Assembly (NCBI GenBank): GCA_017450925.1
Contig: JAFSSS010000081.1
Location: 18,090 to 82,089, forward strand
Source of the DNA: Ruminococcus sp.
GTDB taxonomy: Bacteria; Bacillota; Clostridia; Oscillospirales; Ruminococcaceae
Direction: 5' to 3'
DNA: 64,000 nucleotides
The notes beneath the pieces were generated by a model. It did not search any database. It had not been told where the DNA came from and saw only the letters and a program-made list of their open reading frames with translations. Position numbers and translations under genes: made by a program. Shown here piece after piece: positions 8,277 through 16,513 of the stretch. The stretch's first letter is position 1. The number at the start of each line of letters is the position of its first letter.

Positions 8277-10243
8277 TTCATTCCTGCCTTTCGGTCTGCC
8301 GGAAGTGAGCAGATCAGTTCAACAGCCTCGGCCTTGTATTTTTCATACAGCCCCTTGTCTGCCGGCGGGATATCGAAAACACTGCTGTCAGCGATAAGCT
8401 TTCCGGCGGGAGCTTCGGGAGCATATCCGGAATAGAACGTTCCCACGGCGGGGCCGGCAGTAAGCAGCAGCTCGTCAGCGGCAGAGCCGCCGGAGCGTGC
8501 ATCTGCGCCAAGGAGCGCGGCTGCCGTTTCAAGACCCGAGCCGCCCTCGTAGGGATAAACGAACCTGCCGCACTCCTTCATAAGCAGCAGAGGTATCTCT
8601 CTTCCGGGCAGCACCGTTATCCTGTCATCCGAAAGCCTTGCAGCGTCAGCCTCTCCGTCCGTCAGTACGCAGAGGTACATTCTTGCCGAGGGCTTGTCGG
8701 CAGCGTATTCATTGAAAAGCTCGCAGAGCGTTCCTGCATCCTCCATATCCCTTGCGATGCAGAGGGTGTTCTCGCAGCTTTTGTCGAGCATCGGGATCAG
8801 CCTGCAGCCCACCGGGGCAGCCGGTGAGGGAAGCAGCGCTAAGAGCCTGCGTTCTCCGTCGCTGAAAACAAGAGGCTCGGGTCTTTCGTCGGCAGCGGTC
8901 TCCCAGCCGCTCCAGAGAGCAGCGGGCATTTTGCCGCTGTGGGCAAGCTTCACCCCGCCGCCCTTGAACAGCAGCGTTCTGTCATAGGTGTGGTTTATAA
9001 GGTCGGTGAGCATAGCCGGGTCGGGATAATCCTCCAGCAGCTCTCTTTCGCTCGGAGCCGCAAATATCCGCAGCGGAGCGTTCATGCTTGCTGCAAACCT
9101 GTGGCGGAAAGGGTTCACTGTATTGAACACGATCACCGCATCAAAGCTGTCGCTTCCGAGGGAGCGCAGCACCTCGTATTTCCAGATCGTTTTCTCGCTG
9201 ACCTCGTCCGTATCGGCAGCCTGCATTTCCATGTCAGCGGCGGAGAAGGTGTAATCATCCTTTTGGATGATCCTTGTTCCGCTGCCAAATCCGCTGCAGA
9301 AGCCGGAGCTTGAGGTGGCAAAGGCAAACACAGTCACGCTGTATTTTTCCTTGTCGATAAGGTCGCAGAAATTCCTAAGAGCGTGATTATAGCTTGTTGA
9401 CAAGCCCAAATAGGCCGTTACGGCGATCCTCGGTTTCTCGGAGCGGGGATATTCCACATAGCTCCCCTCGCCGAAGAACAAAGCGCCGATGATGCTTTCA
9501 AGGGATGTCTTTCTGTCCGGCACCTCACCGGGGATCGGATTCAGCGGCTTTTCTTCGGCAGCCTTCTCCTCGGAGGGGGCGTATCTTGACATAAGCTCCG
9601 CGATCCTCTCCGGGGAGTATTTCGCGCTGCTTTCAGCAGGAGCCTCCTCGGTGACGGCAGGCTCCGCGCCGTAAAAGGCCGGCTCTGCCGCACGGATAAG
9701 CCTGCCCGTATAGAAGCTGTCAAGAAACAGCTTGCTGTTCATTAGTTCCATTACGTTTTCATTTGCACAGAGCATCAAGTCAGTCATGGGAACAAGGCGT
9801 GAAAGCTCCTTGAATATTCTCGCCCGATAATTGCCTTTTTCGTCCTCGTCAAAGAGAAGCCTGTTTTGGTTGAAGAGGCAAAGATGCTTCTGACCTGCCG
9901 GCCGGATATAATACAGCGGCAGCCGCCCGTCAGAGATAAGATATCTCGCCTTGGCCAGTGCCTTTATATATTCGTCGGAGTCAAATGCAGTAAACCGAAT
10001 ATCAAGCTCGGAAAAGCTTTCCTTAAAGTCCTTGAATCTGTCGCCGAAATTAGGCACCGCCACAATGTGGGTGAACCTATCTGCAAAGCCCGAGGCAGCT
10101 ATCTCTCTGAAAAGGAGTTCAACGTTCCCCTTGCCTGAGAGCATATTCCTCGCTGAATAGAAAATAGTCCTGTCCTCTGTCCTTCCCTGCATAGAGGAAT
10201 TGAACAGGCAGACCCGGTGCAGCTTTTTTTCTTCGTTTGTCAT
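8273..10243 (-). CDS. Degenerate CDP-glycerol glycerophosphotransferase/GT-B-like protein
   Basis: KALAKARYLISD aligns with KLLAKAKYLITD of 16514..18883, but the WHGTPLK motif is replaced by LFNQNRL. Confidence 0.6.
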   Translation of the reverse strand: MTNEEKKLHRVCLFNSSMQGRTEDRTIFYSARNMLSGKGNVELLFREIAASGFADRFTHIVAVPNFGDRFKDFKESFSELDIRFTAFDSDEYIKALAKARYLISDGRLPLYYIRPAGQKHLCLFNQNRLLFDEDEKGNYRARIFKELSRLVPMTDLMLCANENVMELMNSKLFLDSFYTGRLIRAAEPAFYGAEPAVTEEAPAESSAKYSPERIAELMSRYAPSEEKAAEEKPLNPIPGEVPDRKTSLESIIGALFFGEGSYVEYPRSEKPRIAVTAYLGLSTSYNHALRNFCDLIDKEKYSVTVFAFATSSSGFCSGFGSGTRIIQKDDYTFSAADMEMQAADTDEVSEKTIWKYEVLRSLGSDSFDAVIVFNTVNPFRHRFAASMNAPLRIFAAPSERELLEDYPDPAMLTDLINHTYDRTLLFKGGGVKLAHSGKMPAALWSGWETAADERPEPLVFSDGERRLLALLPSPAAPVGCRLIPMLDKSCENTLCIARDMEDAGTLCELFNEYAADKPSARMYLCVLTDGEADAARLSDDRITVLPGREIPLLLMKECGRFVYPYEGGSGLETAAALLGADARSGGSAADELLLTAGPAVGTFYSGYAPEAPAGKLIADSSVFDIPPADKGLYEKYKAEAVELICSLPADRKAGMK

Positions 10244-10752
10244 CCTTCTGCACCGTTCCTTTCCGCACCGCCGGATATTGCTGACAGAGCAGCCTCAAGC
10301 TCCTCGCCGCTGCAGCCGATTATCAGCACGGCTTTATCCGAGCCTCCTGCGCGGCTAAGCTTATAGAATGCTCCCGAGTCGCTGTCGGGGACCGACAGCA
10401 CAAAGCTGCTGTATCTCTCTGCGGTTTCAGCGGCCTCGTCAGAGCAGATCACGCAGACATCCTTGACCTGTTCGGTTACAGCTGTCCTGCGGATCCTTTC
10501 CGCGAACAGCTCATCCACATGGAAGCAGGCATATATCTCCGCGCCCTCCTGCTGCAGCTTGGCAACGGCCTTGACGACCGCTTTCAGACAGCTGTCAGAA
10601 CCGTTTTTCGCTGAAACGAGCAGCTGCGTTCCGCTGCTGTGGACTGCGACAGCCTCATCCACCCGGACGGAGCCACCCGCATCCTGCGCACTTGTTATAA
10701 TATAGCGGACATCATCCCGTCCGCTGACAGTCAGTTCCTTAATCATCATCAT
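10240..10752 (-). CDS. Hypothetical protein, possibly a degenerate GT4 C-terminal domain
   Basis: Overlaps both neighbouring genes in the operon; LKAVVKAVAKL...IYACFHVD...IRRTAVTEQVKDVCVIC weakly resembles a GT-B C-lobe. Confidence 0.5.
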   Translation of the reverse strand: MMMIKELTVSGRDDVRYIITSAQDAGGSVRVDEAVAVHSSGTQLLVSAKNGSDSCLKAVVKAVAKLQQEGAEIYACFHVDELFAERIRRTAVTEQVKDVCVICSDEAAETAERYSSFVLSVPDSDSGAFYKLSRAGGSDKAVLIIGCSGEELEAALSAISGGAERNGAEG

Positions 10753-11968
10753 ATCCCTTTATCACGATCGGTTCAAGATGCTCCTGCGGGATCATTTCTC
10801 TGATCTCGTCAGCAAGAGCGGCGTTTCCCTCGCGTCTGATAACATCCAGCATACAGCCCAGAATATCCGGGTCAAAGCAAAGTCCCAGACCGAGCCTGTA
10901 GTTCTTCATAAGCTTTTCACGGTAGGGCGCTAAGGCTGCCGAAAGCTCGTCATACCGCCCCTCCCGCTGCATTGCAAGCAGCTCCTTTTTTATGGGAGCA
11001 TACTGCTCGTAGAGTTCAAAGCGGTCGCCGGTCCGGAAAAGAAGATCCCAGTAGTGCTTGATGATATCCACCTTAGACTGACCCTCACGCTGCTTGCGGA
11101 TATATCTTTCCCTGTCGGCGATATACCTTTTCAGCGGCAGACCCGCCTCGGCGATCTCTTTCAGATAATCCTTATAGGGTATCTCTGTATCAGCTATGAT
11201 ATATTCTGTCATCTTTCTTCCCGGCAGCCTGTGGTTCATATACCCCTTGCCGTAGAGCGAGACAAAATACTCCTTTGCCGGCACCGGGAAGCTGTGTCCC
11301 TCAAGTGTAGTCATGACCGGCTCTTCAAACCAGCTTTTCTGAAAATGGTGACGGGCTGTCCTAAAACACTTGGAGAAGCATCTTTCTGCGCCGGGGTTGT
11401 TATAGACGGTGCAGAACTCCTCGAACATTTTCCGGGTGAACTCAAGGCTGCTCTCGGGAGTTTTCAGCTTGGGTCTTACAAGCCTCTCGCAAAGCTCATA
11501 TTTCTTGGACTCGGCTCTTGCTCCCTCGGCAAAGGTCATCTCAAAGCCTATCTCCTTTGCGGTGACAAGCTTGGATCTTACCCGGCTCGCCGGGAAGTCC
11601 CTAAGAACATTTATCCTTACCGCAAAGCCGTATTTTCTGTAGTGGTGATAGTTGGGCAGGTCGAGGAAAAGCGTGTCCTCGTTTACATATCTGCATCCGA
11701 AGTCACCGTAGCCGGCTTCGTTCCGCCAGCTTTCCAGTGAACGGTGCGGCGGTTTTTCCTTTTTAAAGCAGCTCATGAATTTCAGCATATCCGGAACGCT
11801 CATCAGCACCTCTGCGATCATGCGCTCCTCGCCCATGTGGTTATGCTGTACAGCTTCAAGAGCCGTGTTTTCATGCAGGAAGTATGTAATGCCGTACTTT
11901 TTGCAGATCGCATCCACCTCTGTCAGCAGTGTGAAGAGAGTCTTCTGTATTTCAGTCATTCTGTTCAC
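10739..11968 (-). CDS. LicD-fold protein lacking the catalytic motif
   Basis: N-terminus QKTLFTLLTEVDAICKKYGITYFL matches LicD, but GGTxLGA...PWDDD is replaced by HENTALEA...EERMIAEV. Confidence 0.7.
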   Translation of the reverse strand: MNRMTEIQKTLFTLLTEVDAICKKYGITYFLHENTALEAVQHNHMGEERMIAEVLMSVPDMLKFMSCFKKEKPPHRSLESWRNEAGYGDFGCRYVNEDTLFLDLPNYHHYRKYGFAVRINVLRDFPASRVRSKLVTAKEIGFEMTFAEGARAESKKYELCERLVRPKLKTPESSLEFTRKMFEEFCTVYNNPGAERCFSKCFRTARHHFQKSWFEEPVMTTLEGHSFPVPAKEYFVSLYGKGYMNHRLPGRKMTEYIIADTEIPYKDYLKEIAEAGLPLKRYIADRERYIRKQREGQSKVDIIKHYWDLLFRTGDRFELYEQYAPIKKELLAMQREGRYDELSAALAPYREKLMKNYRLGLGLCFDPDILGCMLDVIRREGNAALADEIREMIPQEHLEPIVIKGYDDD

Positions 11969-11975
11969 ACTCCTC

Positions 11976-13613
11976 TTACAGCAGCGGTGCGTCTTTTACG
12001 ACCTGCTCATCTACGCCGAGTGAGAGCAGCTTCTTGCGCATCTCGTTGAGAATAATACCGTTGCGTGTATTTGCTCTTGCAGTCAGATAGGCGGCCACGG
12101 CCTCTTCCTCGTGACCCAGCTTCAGCAGGGCATCGCCCTTGAGCTTCATAAGCTCGCCGTCGCCGGGGTGTCTGTCTATCTGCTTTTGAGCATCATTTAC
12201 GATATCGTAAAGTGCTTTGTTGTCTCCGGCCTTGCGGATGCGTGCCAAAAGGTCACAGCGAATAAGGTCGATGACATCGGGATACTGCCCGAACCACATC
12301 CCGCAGATGCGTTCGGCCTCGGCTATATCCTTGTGATCGTATATAGCGATCGAGATATTTCTCACCGCGTTCATCAGCGATTCTGCCTCGAGGATATCCT
12401 CCCCCGGCTCACGGTTGAAGCGGTATATTTTAAGTATCTTTCTTGCTTGATGATATTTCCCTTCGGTGATAAGCAGCATAAGCGCGGTATAGATGATCTC
12501 GTCATCCACGTCGATGAATATCTGCCACTTGTTGAAATCTCCCGAAAGCTGTGCAGCGAGATATCTTCCGAGGGCAGTTCTAAGCTCTCTGTATCTTCTC
12601 TGACGGAGCAGTCCCTTCAAGTCGATGCCCTCAAGCTCCCGCTGTATGCGCATCCTGTGCTTTACTGCCAGCATCCGCAGACGGTTCTGATTATTCTTTT
12701 CCCTGTCGTAGAGTATCTCGACTCTGTCCTTCTTGTACTCCCAGTAATCCGCCAAAGCCTTTTCCTTGTCCATGAAGAGCAGATAGTCGTCGATATAGTT
12801 CACATAGCTAAGTGTCAGGCTGTGCAGCGAGGTATGTGTTTCCTGCTCCTGCACCTCGGGGATGTACATCCATGTGTCGCCGTAGGCCTCTCTGAAAATG
12901 CCCTCGGCACAGCTGCCCACAGGCACCAGTACGTCCTCGAACTGTTCAAGGCGGGGAGTGCCGTAGTTCTTTCTTTCGTACATCAGTATGCGAAGTCCCC
13001 ACCTTAGGCAGTAGTAATCGCATTCCTCGTCGGTATCGCTGTAGGAGAAGATCTTGTCCTCGAGAAGCCCCAGAACATAGGCTCTGCCTTTTTCCTCCAT
13101 AAGATCAAGGTAGTATCTGTAGGTGTCATAGTCAAAGTCGGAATCCTTATTGACTACCTGTCTGTTGACCACGAAATAGGAGGTCAGCAGCTCGGTATAT
13201 ACAAGCATGAGCCTCCTGAATTCCTTATACTTTTCGGGATCTTTCGGAACGGGATCCATTACCATGAATTCAACGTGCTGACCGCAGGCGGCGCCAGCCA
13301 GCGCCTGAGAGCGGTAGATCGTGGTGGTGTTCTTATCCACATACCGCAGTATCGGGTTGCGGTACAGCTCGTTGCGGTCGGTTGAGGCATAGCCGCGGTC
13401 CGGCCTGATCTCGCTGTCGATGACCTTCTCTAATTTCTTCCAGTTCTCACGGGTGATATAGAGATCCATATCATCGTCCCACGGCAGAAAGCCGTTATTG
13501 CGGACAGCGCCCAGCGCCGTTCCGCCTGCGAGATAATATGTTATATCATGCTTTTTGCAGATAGCGTCGATCTCCTTGAGCAATTTAAGCAGATTTTTCT
13601 GAACAGGAGTCAA
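11976..13613 (-). CDS. LicD-family phosphotransferase with a C-terminal helical/TPR-like region
   Basis: YYLAGGTALGAVRNNGFLPWDDDMDL; TTG start after GGAGGAGG. Confidence 0.88.
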   Translation of the reverse strand: MTPVQKNLLKLLKEIDAICKKHDITYYLAGGTALGAVRNNGFLPWDDDMDLYITRENWKKLEKVIDSEIRPDRGYASTDRNELYRNPILRYVDKNTTTIYRSQALAGAACGQHVEFMVMDPVPKDPEKYKEFRRLMLVYTELLTSYFVVNRQVVNKDSDFDYDTYRYYLDLMEEKGRAYVLGLLEDKIFSYSDTDEECDYYCLRWGLRILMYERKNYGTPRLEQFEDVLVPVGSCAEGIFREAYGDTWMYIPEVQEQETHTSLHSLTLSYVNYIDDYLLFMDKEKALADYWEYKKDRVEILYDREKNNQNRLRMLAVKHRMRIQRELEGIDLKGLLRQRRYRELRTALGRYLAAQLSGDFNKWQIFIDVDDEIIYTALMLLITEGKYHQARKILKIYRFNREPGEDILEAESLMNAVRNISIAIYDHKDIAEAERICGMWFGQYPDVIDLIRCDLLARIRKAGDNKALYDIVNDAQKQIDRHPGDGELMKLKGDALLKLGHEEEAVAAYLTARANTRNGIILNEMRKKLLSLGVDEQVVKDAPLL

Positions 13614-13710
13614 CCTCTCCTCCTCCTTTTTTGTTCACGCTGCGCGCCACTTTGGGACGCTTGGATTTGTTTCGTGCTGTGATTGATGTACCGCGTCGCG
13701 GACGGCGGAC

Positions 13711-14667
13711 TTATACCCAGAATTTATCTGTCGGGGGATCAAGGCTGATCTCGGTGCCTGCATTTCCGCACATCTCGTAAACCCGGTTCGCAAAGTTCAT
13801 GTCGTGCATGGAAAGCCCAACGTTGTAGGCAATGATCCTTTCGCTGTCGTTCTCTCTGCCCTTAGCCCTGCCGGTGATGACCTCGGCCACCTCGGCGTGA
13901 TACTTCCACTTGTCATAATACTTGAAGCCCCTAACGTGAGCATCGTCATCACAGAACACCTTGTCAAAGGCCAGATCGCAGCCGAGGAAGCCTCTTAGAT
14001 GCACCGCATCCACCAGCACGCCCTCCTTGAAGCAGTCAGCAGAGCAGAAATCGTCGTCAGTGTAGGTAACAGCCGAAATGATAACGTCACTGCCTCTTAC
14101 TACATCCTCGTAGCTGTCAACATATACGAATTCGGCATTGGGATAGTTCTTTCCGTCCTCGCCCTTGAAATATCTTGTGTAAAGCTCGTGCTGATCCTTG
14201 TACTTCAGCACCTTGATCTTCAGCGGACGCTCGGGATACATAGCCAGCAGCACCTTCATGGCAGCTCTGCCGGTGTTTCCCAGACCCATAACGCCTATCT
14301 CGTAAAAATCCTTGACTGCCAGCGTCTTAATGGTGTGTGCCGCAACTGCACCCGTGCGCATGGTGGTTATCCAGTTACCGTCCATGATCGCCTTTGGGGT
14401 GCCGGTCTCGTAGTCATAAAGCACGATCTGACTGTCAAGCGAGGGAACACGTCCCAAGTGGCGTGTGATGACCTTTACTCCGCCTGCATCGAACTGCGGC
14501 AGCAGACAGGGCATGACGTTGAAGAACGCATCGTTCTCCAGATGCAGGCTTATCTTCGCCGGCAATATCGCATCGTTTTTGTGCATGAGCATTTCCTCGA
14601 CCCATTCATAGCACTTTACGGGCGAGATGTTGAGCTTTTTGATGTCGTTGAATGTGATGACCTTCAT
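13711..14667 (-). CDS. Ornithine cyclodeaminase/mu-crystallin family NAD(P)-dependent enzyme
   Basis: GVKVITR, MDGNWITTMRTGA, Rossmann GVMGLGNTG, NVGLSMHD. Confidence 0.85.
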   Translation of the reverse strand: MKVITFNDIKKLNISPVKCYEWVEEMLMHKNDAILPAKISLHLENDAFFNVMPCLLPQFDAGGVKVITRHLGRVPSLDSQIVLYDYETGTPKAIMDGNWITTMRTGAVAAHTIKTLAVKDFYEIGVMGLGNTGRAAMKVLLAMYPERPLKIKVLKYKDQHELYTRYFKGEDGKNYPNAEFVYVDSYEDVVRGSDVIISAVTYTDDDFCSADCFKEGVLVDAVHLRGFLGCDLAFDKVFCDDDAHVRGFKYYDKWKYHAEVAEVITGRAKGRENDSERIIAYNVGLSMHDMNFANRVYEMCGNAGTEISLDPPTDKFWV

Positions 14668-14683
14668 ATCCGTTGACCTCCGT

Positions 14684-15745
14684 TTATTTCAGAACTTTCT
14701 TGAACAGATCTATAAGCATGATGTTGTCCTCAACAGTGTGATTGCCGAGGTGACCTACCCTAATAACGGTCTTTGCCAGATCGCCGCCGTTGGGAGTTAC
14801 AAAAACATCATATTCCTTTTTCAGCGTTTCATAGACCTCATAAGCGTTCCCGTCGGGGAAGAAGAGGGGAGTTACTGCATTTGAAAGCGGATAATCCGGC
14901 AGCGTAAGACCTGTGCCGTTAAGCCTTGCGCGGAAGTCGGCAGCGACCTCCTTCATGTGAGCCAGCTTGTTTTCAAGTCCGATCTCATCCACATATCTGA
15001 GCATATCCTGCAGCTCATATATAAGCCTTACCGCAGGGGTGAAGGGTGTCTGACCCCGCTTGCCGTTTTCAATGTGGCTGTTGAAATCAAGATACATGGT
15101 AACGGGCTTTCTGTCCCTTACCCTCTGCTCGTACATCCTGCTGCTCAAAAGGACCACCGAAAGCCCCGGAGCCAGTGCCAGTGATTTCTGTGAGGAGAAG
15201 ATCATAGCGTCGATGCCGAGCGCCTCCATGTCGAGCGGGTCGGCAAGGAACGAGCTGATAGCATCCACAACGAACACCATGCCGTTTCTTTTGCAGAACT
15301 CCGAGAGCATCTGAGCATCATAGAGCTGACCGGTAGAGGTCTCGTCAATATTTACGAGCAGGCCTGTATAGCCTTTGCCGTCAAACTCATATACCATTTC
15401 TTTGGTCAGCGCCTTGCCGTAGGGTACCTTCACGGCATCGTAGGGAACACCGTGGATGTCGCATATCTGTGTGAATCTGTGACCGAAGGATCCGCCGTCT
15501 ATCACAAGCAGTCTGTCACTGCTGTCAAAGCAGTTGAGGACGGTGGCCTCCATAGCGCCGGTGCCGGAACAGGTGAGGAATACGGTCTTTGCACCCTCGC
15601 CGGCGTGAGCGAACTTTTCAAGCAGCCTTTCACATTCCAGCACGACCTCGGAAAACTCGGGCGTTCTGAAATAAGGCACCTGTTTTTTTGCGATCTCGAA
15701 TGTCCTGTCATACATTTCAACAGGACCCAGTGTAAACAGTTTCAT
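14684..15745 (-). CDS. PLP-dependent class V aminotransferase-fold enzyme
   Basis: LFTLGPV, SGTGAME, ETSTG, VVDAISS, SSQK (PLP lysine), QTPFTP. Confidence 0.88.
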   Translation of the reverse strand: MKLFTLGPVEMYDRTFEIAKKQVPYFRTPEFSEVVLECERLLEKFAHAGEGAKTVFLTCSGTGAMEATVLNCFDSSDRLLVIDGGSFGHRFTQICDIHGVPYDAVKVPYGKALTKEMVYEFDGKGYTGLLVNIDETSTGQLYDAQMLSEFCKRNGMVFVVDAISSFLADPLDMEALGIDAMIFSSQKSLALAPGLSVVLLSSRMYEQRVRDRKPVTMYLDFNSHIENGKRGQTPFTPAVRLIYELQDMLRYVDEIGLENKLAHMKEVAADFRARLNGTGLTLPDYPLSNAVTPLFFPDGNAYEVYETLKKEYDVFVTPNGGDLAKTVIRVGHLGNHTVEDNIMLIDLFKKVLK

Positions 15746-15781
15746 ATCATATCTACTCCCTTTGTAAATTATGGGCTGCTG

Positions 15782-16498
15782 TCAGCCCTCTGTCTTTTCC
15801 GTCTGATCTATGTAGTTGAGTATCCTCTGATAGTCGTCAAAATAGTCGATCTCCGACCAGAACATACCGTCCACGTCAAGGGTGTGGATGCGGCGGTTAT
15901 CTGCCAGTGTGTAGAGTACCTCCTCCCACCAGCAGCCGTGCTTCTGCTCGTCGATAAGCTTGTCCAGCTGCTTGCGGAACACAGGCACAAAGCTCTTTCT
16001 TATTTTGGCAAGCCCCACATATTCGCAGTCACGCTCCTCAAGGGGAATGTCCTTGCCGTACTTTTTGACGCAGTTGTTCTTGCCGAGTGCAAAGAAGTAA
16101 TCGCCGGTCGCTGTACGGGATTTGTCGCTGGCAAGAATGACCGGCCTTTCGTCAGCCAGAAGTTTGTGAAGAATGTCGGTAGAGAAGAACACGTCCGCAT
16201 TCATGACGATCAGATCGTCGTCAAGCTCATCTCTTGCGAACCACAGCGATGCGATGCTGTTCGTTACATCATAAAACGGGTTGTAAAAGAACTTCACGGG
16301 AAGCCCCTCCAGCGCCTCATACACCTTTTCGTACTTGTAGCCCACGCATACGATAGGTTCGATGCCCTCTGCGATCATCATTTCAACTGTCCGCCTTATA
16401 AGGGGCTTGTCCCCGATAGGCAGGGTGCTTTTCGGGATCTCCTGTATCCTCTTGGATATCCTTGTTCCGCGGCCTGCCGCCAAAAGTACAGCTTTCAT
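15782..16498 (-). CDS. LicC-like phospho-alcohol cytidylyltransferase (NTP transferase)
   Basis: LLAAGRGTR, PK, NPFYDVTNSIASL, WSEIDYFDD. Confidence 0.85.
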   Translation of the reverse strand: MKAVLLAAGRGTRISKRIQEIPKSTLPIGDKPLIRRTVEMMIAEGIEPIVCVGYKYEKVYEALEGLPVKFFYNPFYDVTNSIASLWFARDELDDDLIVMNADVFFSTDILHKLLADERPVILASDKSRTATGDYFFALGKNNCVKKYGKDIPLEERDCEYVGLAKIRKSFVPVFRKQLDKLIDEQKHGCWWEEVLYTLADNRRIHTLDVDGMFWSEIDYFDDYQRILNYIDQTEKTEG

Positions 16499-16513
16499 AA
16501 CACTAATCCTCCC

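Noticed and set aside
13711-16498. Phosphonate (2-aminoethylphosphonate) or diaminopropionate (SbnAB) pathway
   Set aside because: No PEP mutase, phosphonopyruvate decarboxylase or cysteine-synthase-like SbnA in the locus; they could lie elsewhere in the genome
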